A stretch of DNA of 64,000 bases from a candidate division TM6 bacterium GW2011_GWF2_28_16 (GTDB taxonomy: Bacteria; Babelota; Babeliae; Babelales; UASB340): positions 11,926-75,925 of the forward strand of contig LBNX01000005.1 in assembly GCA_000989185.1 (NCBI GenBank), written 5' to 3'. Position 1 is the first letter of the stretch, and every line of letters begins with the position of its first letter. A program made the position numbers and the translations under genes. Below are positions 18,616 through 28,273 of this stretch, piece after piece. The notes below the pieces were generated by a model, which was given only the letters and a program-made list of their open reading frames with translations, had not been told where the DNA came from and did no database searches.

Positions 18616-19617
18616 ATGCAAAAAAAAATTATTTTAACCGGCGACAGGCCAACTGGCAAATTACATTTAGGGCATTACGTAGGTTCTCTACAAAACAGAG
18701 TAAAATTACAAAATGATTATGAACAATTTATATTAATCGCTGATCTGCAAGCCTTAACAGATAATGCCGAAAACCCCGAAATTTTGGGTAAAAATATAAT
18801 AGAAGTCGCACTAGACTATTTGGCTGTAGGCATAGACCCAAAAATAAGCACTATATTTTTACAATCTCAAATTAGAGAACTTACAGAATTAACTTTTTAT
18901 TTTTTAAATCTAGTAACTGTAGCAAGATTACAAAGAAACCCAACCGTAAAAACAGAGATAAAACAAAAAAACTTTGGAACAAGTATACCTGTTGGATTTT
19001 TTGTTTATCCAATAAGTCAGGCTGCAGATATAACTTTATTTAAAGCTAATTTAGTTCCGGTAGGCGAAGATCAACTACCAATGATAGAACAAGCAAACGA
19101 AATAGTTCGAAAATTTAACAGTTTATATAAACCTGTATTTACGCAAGCTCAAGCTCTTGTTCCAAAAGATGCAGGCAGATTACCTGGTATAGATGGACAA
19201 GCCAAAATGGGTAAATCTTTAGGCAATGCTATATATCTTTCTGACGATGCAGACACTCTAAACAAAAAAATTATGAGCATGTTTACAGATCCAACACACT
19301 TACGAGTTGAAGATCCAGGCAAAATAGAAGGCAACACAGTATTTACTTATCTTGATTACTTTGCCCCAGATAAAAAAATTGTACAAGAAATGAAAGAGCA
19401 TTATCAAAAAGGTGGACTAGGAGATGTTAAAGTAAAAAAATATTTAAACGAAATTTTACAAGAAATTTTAAACCCAATAAGAGAAAGACGCGAGCATTAT
19501 TCTAAAGATCTTGATTTTGTTAAAAATATAATAAAATCTGGAACTCAAAAAGCTCAAGAACGAGCCGATAAAACTATGCAAGAAGTTAGACAAGCCATGA
19601 AGCTTGATTATTTTTGA
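18616..19617 (+). CDS. trpS: tryptophan--tRNA ligase
   Basis: [15 protein letters not shown] (HIGH motif), KMGKSLGN (KMSKS motif), 333 aa class Ic architecture. Confidence 0.95.
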   Translation: MQKKIILTGDRPTGKLHLGHYVGSLQNRVKLQNDYEQFILIADLQALTDNAENPEILGKNIIEVALDYLAVGIDPKISTIFLQSQIRELTELTFYFLNLVTVARLQRNPTVKTEIKQKNFGTSIPVGFFVYPISQAADITLFKANLVPVGEDQLPMIEQANEIVRKFNSLYKPVFTQAQALVPKDAGRLPGIDGQAKMGKSLGNAIYLSDDADTLNKKIMSMFTDPTHLRVEDPGKIEGNTVFTYLDYFAPDKKIVQEMKEHYQKGGLGDVKVKKYLNEILQEILNPIRERREHYSKDLDFVKNIIKSGTQKAQERADKTMQEVRQAMKLDYF

Positions 19618-19660
19618 TACTTTAATTTATTAAAACTTTTGATAATATATAAATAATAGT

Positions 19661-19736
19661 GGGTTGCTAGCTCAATTGGTAGAGCAACAGACTCTTAATC
19701 TGCAGGTTCAGGGTTCGAGTCCCTGGCGACCCACCA
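19661..19736 (+). tRNA. tRNA-Lys (anticodon CTT), CCA encoded
   Basis: Manual cloverleaf. Acceptor gggttgc/gcgaccc, D arm gctc-aattggta-gagc, anticodon loop ctCTTaa, T arm caggg-ttcgagt-ccctg, discriminator a then cca. Confidence 0.93.
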
Positions 19737-19746
19737 TTTTTATTAT

Positions 19747-19833
19747 GCAAGGGTGGCGAAACTGGTAGACGCACTGGCCTTAGGAGCCAGCCCTAGAAAT
19801 AGGATGGGGGTTCGAGTCCCCCCTCTTGCACCA
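19747..19833 (+). tRNA. tRNA-Leu (anticodon TAG), type II with long variable arm, CCA encoded
   Basis: Acceptor gcaaggg/ctcttgc, anticodon stem ctggc/gccag with loop ctTAGga, long variable arm ccctagaaataggat, T arm ggggg-ttcgagt-ccccc. Confidence 0.93.
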
Positions 19834-19922
19834 ATTATATAATTTTCTTGACCATTAATTTCTCTTAATTTAATTATCATGTATCATAAATTTAAAAATA
19901 AAGTTTAAACGGGAGAGAGAGT

Positions 19923-21233
19923 ATGGTAGATTTAATCAAAAAAAAAGATAAATTAACTTTACAATTAAAAAAAGTATCTGCAAATATCTGGCTTGCTGAA
20001 GTAATTGTTGATGAATTACTAGTGAACTCTCTTTATATGCAAACAATTAAAGCTTTTCAACGCGAAACTATTTTGCCAGGATTTAAAAAAGAATCTGCGC
20101 CACTAAGCTATTTAGAAGAAAATTTTAGAAATTCTATCGAATGCAATATCAAAAATTATTTATTTAGACATTTTGTTTTAGATTTTTTAATGGATGAACT
20201 TAGAAACGAAAAAATTACTTTAGCAAATTATCCAAGATTAAAAGATGCGATTTTAGAAAAAAATAAAAATGCAATATTTTACTTTGATATCTCGGTTGCG
20301 TCACCATTACTATTAAAAGAATGGAAATATTTTATATTCAGACCACCAAGACGAAAACGCTATAAAGATTTAGATAAACAAGTAAGTTTATTTTTAAAAA
20401 AAGAATTAACACTTTTTAAAAGAAGCAATATAAACGAAATATCTGAAGGTGATTGGGTCTATTTTTCGTGTGAATTAGTAGATAATAATAATGAACCGAT
20501 AGAAAACTTTAATAAAAGTAATTTTTGGGTAAAAATTAATAATAAATATATAAAAAAACCATTTCAAGAATCTTTAGTCAGCAAAAAAATAGGCGATATT
20601 TTTGTAACAAATAAATTATACTGGCAAAATGAATTCGACCCAGAAGAAGAATACAATCATTATTCATACAAAATAACTATAAAAAAAATAACCAAGGGTA
20701 ATAATTTTTACTTAGATTCATTTAGATCTGCTTTTAAACTAAAAAACAAAGTTGATATTCATAATAAATTAATAGAAGTTTTTTCGTTTAGAAACGATAC
20801 ATCCCAACGCAAATCCATTATAGAAGAAGTTTTTCATTTATTACTTTCCAAACACAGATTCGAAATTCCAAAACATTTTAGCGTAAGACGACAAGAAGAA
20901 ATTATAAATCATCTTAAAAAACGTCCCGATTATAACGTATACAAACAAAACGAAGATTTTCTACAACAAGTCACAATGCTTGCAGAAAAGCAATTAAAAG
21001 AAGAAATTTTAATAGATCAATTAGCATATAAAGAAGATTTAACCGTTTCACCAGAAGATGTTAAAAATTATTTATATTTTTTTAATAACAATAGACTTAA
21101 AGAATTTATCTATTTTAAACCTATATCAGAAAAAATAGATGAATCAGATTTTCCACTACAAACAGGAATACTTAAACAATATGCATTACGAGAAAAAGCG
21201 TTAAACGAAATTATTTATGAATTAACTAAATAA
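19923..21233 (+). CDS. tig: trigger factor-like chaperone
   Basis: 436 aa. The N-terminal ribosome-binding-domain region has the GF(R/K)xGxxP-like motif (ILPGFKKESAPLSYL). Overall length and charge pattern fit trigger factor. The sequence is divergent. Confidence 0.6.
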   Translation: MVDLIKKKDKLTLQLKKVSANIWLAEVIVDELLVNSLYMQTIKAFQRETILPGFKKESAPLSYLEENFRNSIECNIKNYLFRHFVLDFLMDELRNEKITLANYPRLKDAILEKNKNAIFYFDISVASPLLLKEWKYFIFRPPRRKRYKDLDKQVSLFLKKELTLFKRSNINEISEGDWVYFSCELVDNNNEPIENFNKSNFWVKINNKYIKKPFQESLVSKKIGDIFVTNKLYWQNEFDPEEEYNHYSYKITIKKITKGNNFYLDSFRSAFKLKNKVDIHNKLIEVFSFRNDTSQRKSIIEEVFHLLLSKHRFEIPKHFSVRRQEEIINHLKKRPDYNVYKQNEDFLQQVTMLAEKQLKEEILIDQLAYKEDLTVSPEDVKNYLYFFNNNRLKEFIYFKPISEKIDESDFPLQTGILKQYALREKALNEIIYELTK

Positions 21234-21257
21234 AAATAAGAAAAATAAAGGGTGCAT

Positions 21258-24200
21258 ATGATTATAATTAAAAAAAAATATTATTTTTTATTATTTCTTA
21301 TTATTTTAGTTAATAAATTATATCCAGAACAAAATTTTGATGTTCAAACAGCATATACATTAACATTACCACCTTTTGGAAAATTTGAAGTTACAGGAAC
21401 TGTAGATATTCCAAATGTTAATTTTACACTTGCTGGAAGCAAAAATAAAATATTTAATCTCGGTTTTTTAGAAATAGAAAATCCAACCATATCCATTTCT
21501 AATAAAAAAGGGCTTGGTGCAAGCGCCAAAGTTAATATTTTAGACAAATCTGCAACACTTTCGATGATAGAATTTATTCCAAATAAAATAGTTTCTTATA
21601 AAATTAAACCAGAAAATTTAATTAATATTGCTATAACACCATGGAACAATATAGACATAAATTATTTTATATTTTCTATAACAAACAATTTTTATGAATT
21701 AACTTCAGATGTTTCTATATTTGGGCACGATGCCAAATTTATATTTGCAAAAAAAAGACCTCCGGTAAAAATAGACGGCACTGAACAAGAAATTATAAAA
21801 AACCCAATAAAAGAACCTGCAAAAAATATTATCGAAGTTAAAACTTTAGATGAAATAAAACAAGATTTAGATAGTTATGCCCAAATTACCTTAAATAGCT
21901 TAACGCCTGCAGATCTTATAGAAAGTGCAAAAAACACAGATATAAATCTTATATCACTTCAAGATTCAACTTTTCTTATAACAGATCCATTTAATAAATT
22001 GGCAAAACATAATATAAAAATTTTTTGTACTGCCAATTTTGAAAAACTTAAGCTACCAAAAGCTTTTAATTTATCAAAACTAGACGCTCAAATAGATTTA
22101 AACCAAGAAGGTTTTGTTTTAACAACACAGCTTAAAGATACAAATATATTAGAAAATATTAATCTAGAAGAAATTACTCTAAAAGTTATTGTCCCCAAAA
22201 GACAAACAAAAACAATAACCCCTAACCAACAAGCCCAACCAACCCAACAACCTGTAAATAAACCCTCTATCTTTTTATCTGGTATAGCTAATCTAGATTT
22301 ACCATTAATTGGTAAACTTAAAACACAATTTAATGCTATTTACGATAAAAATAAATTTAATTTTTATTTAGATATAAATAAAGAAATTAATTTAGAAAAT
22401 ATTGCTAGCCTTCAAAATTGTTCTTTAAATTTTTCTAGTGATGGCAATATAGAAATTGTTGGTCAAACAAAAATATTAGATTTAAATTTAATTGGTAAAC
22501 TCAAACTAAGTAAAACAGCCCCTGCCAAACCAGCCCAAACACAACAAACAATTATAACTCCAGAGACTTCTTCTAGCGCCCAAGCTACATCAGAACCAAA
22601 TCTTGTTGCGCAAGAACCGCAAACATATACAAAATTTGGCAATTATTATATAGAATTTTCAGCCCAAGGTTTAGGCACAGTAAAACCTTTTGAAAAAATT
22701 TCTGGTGTTAATAATATTAAACAGATTAGAGACATTTCAATAACAGATCCAGCAGTAACAATTGGTTCAGACAAGCTAATCAAGTTTTCTGGTCTAACAG
22801 ATATTCTTAATTTTAAATCTAATTCAACAATAGAAATAAAAAGCACAAAAGAAATAACATTAAAATGTCAGGCTCCAGAAAATTGGCGAATTTCTGATGC
22901 AATAACAACTTTACAAGGTTCTTTTTTTGACGAACTGGATCTTTCTAATATAAAAATAATTATTTCAAGTTATACACATTTTGATCCCAATTTAAAAATT
23001 ATTATTAATAATGGTTTTAACATGCTTGCTGGCACGCAACTTACTGGTGGCGTTTTTAATAGTGCAAAAGTTTTAATGGGAGATATTAAAAAACAACTTA
23101 CAGTAGCAGGATCTTTTGGAGATTCTCCTACAGATACTTATTTGGCAATAGCAATACCTGTACCAGAAATTAAACTTTCTGAAAAAGCGCTTTTACAAAA
23201 TATAAGCTTTGTACTTGTGGGCAAAGGCCCAGCTATGGGATTTAAAACTAGAATATTAATTCGACCAAGTGAACAAGATAGTGAATTAATATTTACAGGT
23301 GAAATTGCCATACAAACAACCCCTCCAAGTGGCGTACTAAAAGCAACTATGCAAGGAGAGTGGGAAAACCCACTAGGTATTAAAGGCATTTCACTTTCAG
23401 ATTTAGCAGCACAAATAGCTATTACACTTACTCCTCCAACACCAACACCAAGTACAATAGGGTTAACAGGATTATTAAAATTAAGTAAAAATAAAAAAAT
23501 ATTTGTTGCAACAAATTATTCTATAGATGGCCAAATAGTTTTAATGGGCGAATACGATGGCGATATATTGCTAGAAGATATTTTAGCTATACCAGCAAAA
23601 TTAAACCCAAACATAAATATTAAAAAACTTAAAAATAAAGTTCCCGATATGGGTTTTCGAGATACGTTGTTCAAATTTGCACCATTACCTACAAAAATTG
23701 GTGAAATAGAATTTGATCAAGGTATATCACTTGCTGGCAAATTATTCTTTTTGGATAAAGAGGCGTTTATAAATCTTAATTTAAATAGCGATGGCTTAAT
23801 AGCTCAAGGCTATATTCCAGAATTTAATATTGGACCAATAAAAATTTCTGGTACAGGCTTAGATGGAATTTATGGCACCAAGGACGATGGCGCAACTCTA
23901 GATTTAATGCTCACGCCAGAAGATCAACATTTATTAATTTCTGGGCTTGCTGATATTTTAATAGCAAAAGGCCAAACAGATATTTTAATAAATAAAAATA
24001 AAGTAAATATGTTTTTACTAGGTCAATTATTTAAAGTCTTCGAAACAAAATTTGAAATTGAATCTGTAGGTTCTTTAAAAGAACTAGATAAATTAGATTT
24101 AATTTTTAAAGCAACGTTAAATAACGATTTAAATGATTTTTTAATTAAAAACATAATTAAATATTTAAATATATTTGATTCTAGTGTTAAAAACACAATT

Positions 24201-24350
24201 ACAGAAAACATACAAAAGCTTGATAATATAGATTCAAAAATAGATTCACTTGATATTCAGATAAAAGAAAAAAAAGCCAAAATAAAAGAATATGAAAAAG
24301 AATATGAAAAAATAAAAACGGCTAAAAAAAATTATAAAGGTCTAATATGA
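21258..24350 (+). CDS. large exported beta-rich protein (about 1030 aa), unknown function
   Basis: N-terminal hydrophobic anchor (YYFLLFLIILVNKLY). Pro/Gln/Thr linkers (TPNQQAQPTQQPVNKP; APAKPAQTQQTIITPETSSSAQATSEP). Recurrent [IL]-x-G-x-hydrophobic beta-like segments and a C-terminal coiled coil. ATG at 21258 is preferred over the GTG at 21252 (aaggg RBS spacing). Confidence 0.7.
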   Translation: MIIIKKKYYFLLFLIILVNKLYPEQNFDVQTAYTLTLPPFGKFEVTGTVDIPNVNFTLAGSKNKIFNLGFLEIENPTISISNKKGLGASAKVNILDKSATLSMIEFIPNKIVSYKIKPENLINIAITPWNNIDINYFIFSITNNFYELTSDVSIFGHDAKFIFAKKRPPVKIDGTEQEIIKNPIKEPAKNIIEVKTLDEIKQDLDSYAQITLNSLTPADLIESAKNTDINLISLQDSTFLITDPFNKLAKHNIKIFCTANFEKLKLPKAFNLSKLDAQIDLNQEGFVLTTQLKDTNILENINLEEITLKVIVPKRQTKTITPNQQAQPTQQPVNKPSIFLSGIANLDLPLIGKLKTQFNAIYDKNKFNFYLDINKEINLENIASLQNCSLNFSSDGNIEIVGQTKILDLNLIGKLKLSKTAPAKPAQTQQTIITPETSSSAQATSEPNLVAQEPQTYTKFGNYYIEFSAQGLGTVKPFEKISGVNNIKQIRDISITDPAVTIGSDKLIKFSGLTDILNFKSNSTIEIKSTKEITLKCQAPENWRISDAITTLQGSFFDELDLSNIKIIISSYTHFDPNLKIIINNGFNMLAGTQLTGGVFNSAKVLMGDIKKQLTVAGSFGDSPTDTYLAIAIPVPEIKLSEKALLQNISFVLVGKGPAMGFKTRILIRPSEQDSELIFTGEIAIQTTPPSGVLKATMQGEWENPLGIKGISLSDLAAQIAITLTPPTPTPSTIGLTGLLKLSKNKKIFVATNYSIDGQIVLMGEYDGDILLEDILAIPAKLNPNINIKKLKNKVPDMGFRDTLFKFAPLPTKIGEIEFDQGISLAGKLFFLDKEAFINLNLNSDGLIAQGYIPEFNIGPIKISGTGLDGIYGTKDDGATLDLMLTPEDQHLLISGLADILIAKGQTDILINKNKVNMFLLGQLFKVFETKFEIESVGSLKELDKLDLIFKATLNNDLNDFLIKNIIKYLNIFDSSVKNTITENIQKLDNIDSKIDSLDIQIKEKKAKIKEYEKEYEKIKTAKKNYKGLI

Positions 24351-25621
24351 AAAAAATAATAATATTATTATTTTATTTTATTTTTATCTCACACCTATAT
24401 GCCGGCAAAGGAAAAATAGTTTTTGAAAATAAATACAAACAAAGAATTTTAATAAAAATAGAAACTACTAATAATAAAAAATATAAAAAAATAATAAGCC
24501 CAAAAGATAAATGGGAATTAAAGTTATCGAGCAAAGTAGGTAGTCCAGATATAAAAGACATGTGGGTACAATTTCCAAAAAATGATCTTTTTGTTGTTGA
24601 TAAACACAAAATGAAAGGTTCTACACTCGATCACAGAAAATGGACGCGCAATATAAATGTAAAAAACAATCAAACAAGTACTGTAAAAATTTTTTATAAC
24701 GAAGATATAAACAGGTTTGAACGTGAAGTTTGGCGCAACAATAAAAAACAAGAAGATAGATTTAAACATTTAGGCAATATAACAAAAACAGAAATTATGT
24801 TTAAAAATATATCACCATACACAATTACACTACGTATTATGCTCACAGGATCTCTAAAATGGACCAATATAGAACTAGAACCAAACAGCATATACTTTTT
24901 ACAGCCAGGAACAAAAAATAATATAACCAAAAATTTAGATCACATGGTACTAGAATTTGCAAAACTTAAAGAATTAGAAAAAAATAATATTACATCAGAA
25001 AAACGCTGGTGGCCAAATACAATAAGAAATCAAAAAAATGAAAGTACAATAGTTTATATCGATTTTGACAAAATCTCCGGCAAATTTATACGATATGCAA
25101 TACGAAAAGGTATAATTAAAGAATCACTTAAAACAAATAAAGGCATAAGATTTAGCGAAAGTTATTTAAAATTACCTACCAGGCCAAAAACCAGAATGGT
25201 AAATATTGAAACTGAAATAGCAAAATTATACGGTAATATAGCATTGCTAGAAACCGAAAAAACATCACAACAGGCATTAAAAGCTTCAACAAAATGGGTT
25301 TTAGACAAAACCATGTTTGCAGCACTTGGGCTTAGCAATATGGCCCAAAAGGCAGCAACTGGAGCATTAAGTTTAATAAATATAAAAAATGCAGAACTTT
25401 CCGGAACAATTAAAGACCTTTTTTCGGGCAATATGCCACGGTTGTTAATAGATTGCGAAATTGCAGGCAAAGACAAAACATTTGACTTACAGTTTAACTT
25501 TAAACAACCAGACAATTTAGATACAATATCCAAAGAAATTAGTACTCAGACAGATAGTACACTAAAAGAACCAATACAAGATATTGAGCCGGGAGCAGAT
25601 ATAGAAACTGCAGAAGCATAA
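24347..25621 (+). CDS. secreted protein (424 aa), translationally coupled to the upstream large protein
   Basis: ATGA start/stop overlap with the upstream gene. Signal peptide MKKIIILLFYFIFISHLYA. Two beta-module-like segments (GKIVFENKYKQRILIKIE; TEIMFKNISPYTITLRIML) and an Ala/Leu-rich C-terminal region. Confidence 0.7.
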   Translation: MKKIIILLFYFIFISHLYAGKGKIVFENKYKQRILIKIETTNNKKYKKIISPKDKWELKLSSKVGSPDIKDMWVQFPKNDLFVVDKHKMKGSTLDHRKWTRNINVKNNQTSTVKIFYNEDINRFEREVWRNNKKQEDRFKHLGNITKTEIMFKNISPYTITLRIMLTGSLKWTNIELEPNSIYFLQPGTKNNITKNLDHMVLEFAKLKELEKNNITSEKRWWPNTIRNQKNESTIVYIDFDKISGKFIRYAIRKGIIKESLKTNKGIRFSESYLKLPTRPKTRMVNIETEIAKLYGNIALLETEKTSQQALKASTKWVLDKTMFAALGLSNMAQKAATGALSLINIKNAELSGTIKDLFSGNMPRLLIDCEIAGKDKTFDLQFNFKQPDNLDTISKEISTQTDSTLKEPIQDIEPGADIETAEA

Positions 25622-25730
25622 TTTCAATTTGAAAAGTTTAGCTTGTAGGTTGTTTTATCATAAATTTTAGCTATAATTATAGCCTATTACGTAATAGATT
25701 AAATTGCTTTTGATTTTTCGGGAGTTGAAA

Positions 25731-25865
25731 ATGTCCATAACTTATAAGCCAAGCAGAATAAAAAGAAAAAGAAAACACGGTTTTAGAGCAAGAATGAGCA
25801 CTCGTTGGGGCCGCAAATTGCTTAATCGCAGAAGAGCTGTAGGTCGTAAAAGACTTGCTGTTTAA
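25731..25865 (+). CDS. rpmH: 50S ribosomal protein L34
   Basis: Not in the ORF track. It translates to [44 protein letters not shown] (44 aa), the canonical L34 sequence. A gggag RBS lies 6 nt upstream. Confidence 0.95.
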   Translation: MSITYKPSRIKRKRKHGFRARMSTRWGRKLLNRRRAVGRKRLAV

Positions 25866-25872
25866 AAATTTT

Positions 25873-25898
25873 AGGCCGATAAATATCGGCCTTTTTTT
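25873..25898 (+). terminator. rho-independent terminator/attenuator after rpmH
   Basis: aggccgat (25873-25880) / atcggcct (25885-25892) is an 8-bp stem with loop aaat, followed by a T7 run. Confidence 0.7.
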
Positions 25899-25926
25899 AT
25901 TTAAAAAGTAAATTAAAATTAAATTT

Positions 25927-26352
25927 ATGCAAAATAACAAAAAACTCTCTTGTCATGCTGAACTTGCTGTGCCCGACGAAGCTTTACGCAAAGTCTGGGA
26001 TTCAGCATCTAGAAATAAAAATACATCTTTTACAAAAAATTTATTTAGATTCGAAAAAAAAGAAATAGATTCAACTTTCTCAAATTCTCAAACCAAGGGA
26101 TATATAACAGGTTTAAAGTTACTACAAGCACCTGTTCAAAATAAAGATCAAGAATTTGGCAAACTATTAATAATAGCTTCTAGAAAAACAGGCAAAGCCT
26201 GTAAACGCAATAAAATAAGACGCCAATTAAGATCTATTTTTTATGAAAATAAGCTTTATCAAAAGCAAGTTAATTCAATAATTTTTATATACAAACAAGC
26301 TTTAAATTTATCTTTTGATAATTTAAAAGATTTTTTACAAAAAAATATTTAA
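25927..26352 (+). CDS. rnpA: ribonuclease P protein component
   Basis: Conserved RNR-like motif KRNKIRRQLRSIF and the position directly after rpmH. The N-terminus is about 25 aa longer than usual and contains a palindromic element. Confidence 0.85.
   Translation: MQNNKKLSCHAELAVPDEALRKVWDSASRNKNTSFTKNLFRFEKKEIDSTFSNSQTKGYITGLKLLQAPVQNKDQEFGKLLIIASRKTGKACKRNKIRRQLRSIFYENKLYQKQVNSIIFIYKQALNLSFDNLKDFLQKNI
25950..26009 (+). repeat. palindromic element copy 1 (ttgtcatGctgaa ... ttcagCatc) with 38-nt GC-rich core, inside the rnpA ORF
   Basis: 8-bp arms atgctgaa (25955-25962) / ttcagcat (26001-26008). The 38-nt core is 21/38 G+C. The flanks match the copy at 38759-38785. Confidence 0.5.
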
Positions 26353-26354
26353 TC

Positions 26355-26618
26355 ATGATTAATTTAAGATATAAATTTAAAAATATTTTTTTAAAAATTA
26401 TTTATTTTTTATTTAATATAATACGCCCATTTTTGGGGCCAAAAAACGTATGTATCTATCACGAAGCTTGTCCCAATTATGCAAAAAGACAACTCGAAAC
26501 AAGATCTATTTTTATAGCTTTACCATTAATAACATTAAGAGTGTTAAGCTGCAACCCGCTTACAGTTTTATACTGGAAAATAAAAGCTAAAATCAAAAAT
26601 TTAGGAACCTCATGTTAA
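26355..26618 (+). CDS. yidD: membrane protein insertion efficiency factor YidD
   Basis: Conserved Cys pattern C-x-Y-x-x-x-C-P-x-Y...R...C-N-P (CIYHEACPNYAKRQ...LRVLSCNP) and synteny rpmH-rnpA-yidD. Confidence 0.85.
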   Translation: MINLRYKFKNIFLKIIYFLFNIIRPFLGPKNVCIYHEACPNYAKRQLETRSIFIALPLITLRVLSCNPLTVLYWKIKAKIKNLGTSC

Positions 26619-27070
26619 AAAAAATAATTTTTTTTGCATTATCTATAACTATCACAAATCAAAATAAAATTTATTCTATGTCAAATCAATTAACACTAGA
26701 AGAAGTTTTATATCAGCATAAAAAAAACATTAAAAATGGGGTTGGCTTTGATGATGCATTTAAAGCAGCTCAAGAAAATATTAATAGTCAATTATTAGGC
26801 GTAAAAATAATGTCCTTAAAAATAATAGATAATATCGCGTTTAAATTAATATCAATAATGGAACAAAATGAAGAACTTCCCAATTTTGATATAGATAATT
26901 TTTTAGAAGTTTCATTAGAACTTATTGACGAAGTATATCAAAAAAGCATGCAAAGATATTCTCTAAATAATAATACAATATCTTGTTATTCGTTAGAAGC
27001 AAAAAGCACAATAAATAAACTTATTAAACAAAAAAAAGACCTCATGCCTGCGATATTTTTTAAATTATAA
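26612..27070 (+). CDS. hypothetical secreted protein (152 aa)
   Basis: Signal-like N-terminus MLKKIIFFALSITITNQNKIYS. Overlaps the end of yidD by 7 nt. No recognised domain. Confidence 0.5.
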   Translation: MLKKIIFFALSITITNQNKIYSMSNQLTLEEVLYQHKKNIKNGVGFDDAFKAAQENINSQLLGVKIMSLKIIDNIAFKLISIMEQNEELPNFDIDNFLEVSLELIDEVYQKSMQRYSLNNNTISCYSLEAKSTINKLIKQKKDLMPAIFFKL

Positions 27071-28273
27071 GCCAGGATCAAGCTCTTGTAATTTATCTGT
27101 TAAATAATGTTGCATTTGAACAGGAATGCAAGAATTTAGCATATCTTCTGTTACATTATTTGTTAATTTATCAAAATTATCATGACTAAAAGTATTCCAG
27201 AACAAAACATTTTTATCTTTTAATAAATTATTATTTGCATCATTTACAAGCGCTGCTAAAGTTTTACCTGTATACGTACTCTCAAGTTTTATATTTTCAA
27301 AATTATTTAGTAAATTTACAGCGCTAGCAGCTTGCTGTGTAATAAAGGCATACTCAGGACCAGCAAAATCATGTTTAATTTCTATATCAAGATCTAAATA
27401 TTTTACCTGATTATTTTCTACACTTGCCTGTGTTATAATAAAATTATTACCTAAATTTTTTATATAAATATTTATTTTATTTATAAGCTCACACAAAATA
27501 TTACTTTTATATTCTGGTGTCATACTTATTCTTACAGGTATAATTTTACTTTTTAAACCTGCAAGCTTAGCTCCAACTATTAACCCAGCAGCAGTTCCAG
27601 CGCTACCAAGTGTTACATAAATAATATCTGGCTCTTGCATATTTAAAACTTTTAATTGCTCTTTAAGTTCAAATGCAGCATTAACAAATCCCATACAGCC
27701 AATTTCATTAGACCCACCTACAGGTATAAAATAATAATTATTTTTATCACAAAAATCTTTTACATAATTTTCTATCTTTTCTGACGTATCATAAATTGGA
27801 TCTATATACAAAATTTTAGCACCATAATTTACCATAAGTTTTAAATTGCGAATTACAGAACTTGTCGACAGTTGGTCATCTAGCATTAAAACAACATCTA
27901 ATCCTAAACTTTTTGCTAAAACTAAAGTCTCTAGAGCATGGTTGGACCCAGCACCACCCACAGTGCATATAGTTTTATAATTTTTATTTATTGCATCAGC
28001 CAGCAAAAATTCAAGCTTACGCATTTTGTTACCCGTAGGTATATTACGCGAATCTATATACCCATCGTCTTTAATATATAAATTTTTAATATTTAAATTT
28101 TTAGCCAAATTTTGCGCATTAATTATTGAAGTTGGGTATTGGCCCAAAGTTACATGCGATAATTTATTATTTAATTCTGGATAATATTTAAATAATGGAA
28201 TTTGCGAATAAAGTGAATTAAATAACAAAAATATTACAAGTAAATTACTAAATAACTTATTAATTTTTAACAT
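27065..28273 (-). CDS. PLP-dependent enzyme of the ACC deaminase / D-cysteine desulfhydrase family, with N-terminal signal/anchor
   Basis: TGNKMRKLEFLLADA (PLP-Lys region) and GGAGSNHALETLVLAKSLGL match the DcyD/ACC deaminase fold-type II signature. The N-terminus MLKINKLFSNLLVIFLLFNSLYS is hydrophobic. Confidence 0.8.
   Translation of the reverse strand: MLKINKLFSNLLVIFLLFNSLYSQIPLFKYYPELNNKLSHVTLGQYPTSIINAQNLAKNLNIKNLYIKDDGYIDSRNIPTGNKMRKLEFLLADAINKNYKTICTVGGAGSNHALETLVLAKSLGLDVVLMLDDQLSTSSVIRNLKLMVNYGAKILYIDPIYDTSEKIENYVKDFCDKNNYYFIPVGGSNEIGCMGFVNAAFELKEQLKVLNMQEPDIIYVTLGSAGTAAGLIVGAKLAGLKSKIIPVRISMTPEYKSNILCELINKINIYIKNLGNNFIITQASVENNQVKYLDLDIEIKHDFAGPEYAFITQQAASAVNLLNNFENIKLESTYTGKTLAALVNDANNNLLKDKNVLFWNTFSHDNFDKLTNNVTEDMLNSCIPVQMQHYLTDKLQELDPGL

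Noticed and set aside
19618-19922. tRNA-Lys/tRNA-Leu pair and the tRNAs at 55986 and 57809 considered as integration sites for genomic islands
   Set aside because: There is no integrase, no direct repeat of a tRNA 3' end that I could find, and no phage or transposon genes nearby. The LRR array near the tRNA at 55986 is better explained by local tandem duplication.
24373-25533. Several minus-strand ORFs (24373-24609, 24524-24769, 24694-24930, 25162-25533)
   Set aside because: All are antisense to the 424-aa secreted protein gene, overlap one another and are hydrophobic or low-complexity as expected from AT-rich antisense frames.
25677-25940. 87-aa minus-strand ORF
   Set aside because: It is antisense to the unmistakable L34 gene (rpmH, 25731-25865) and its terminator, so it is spurious.
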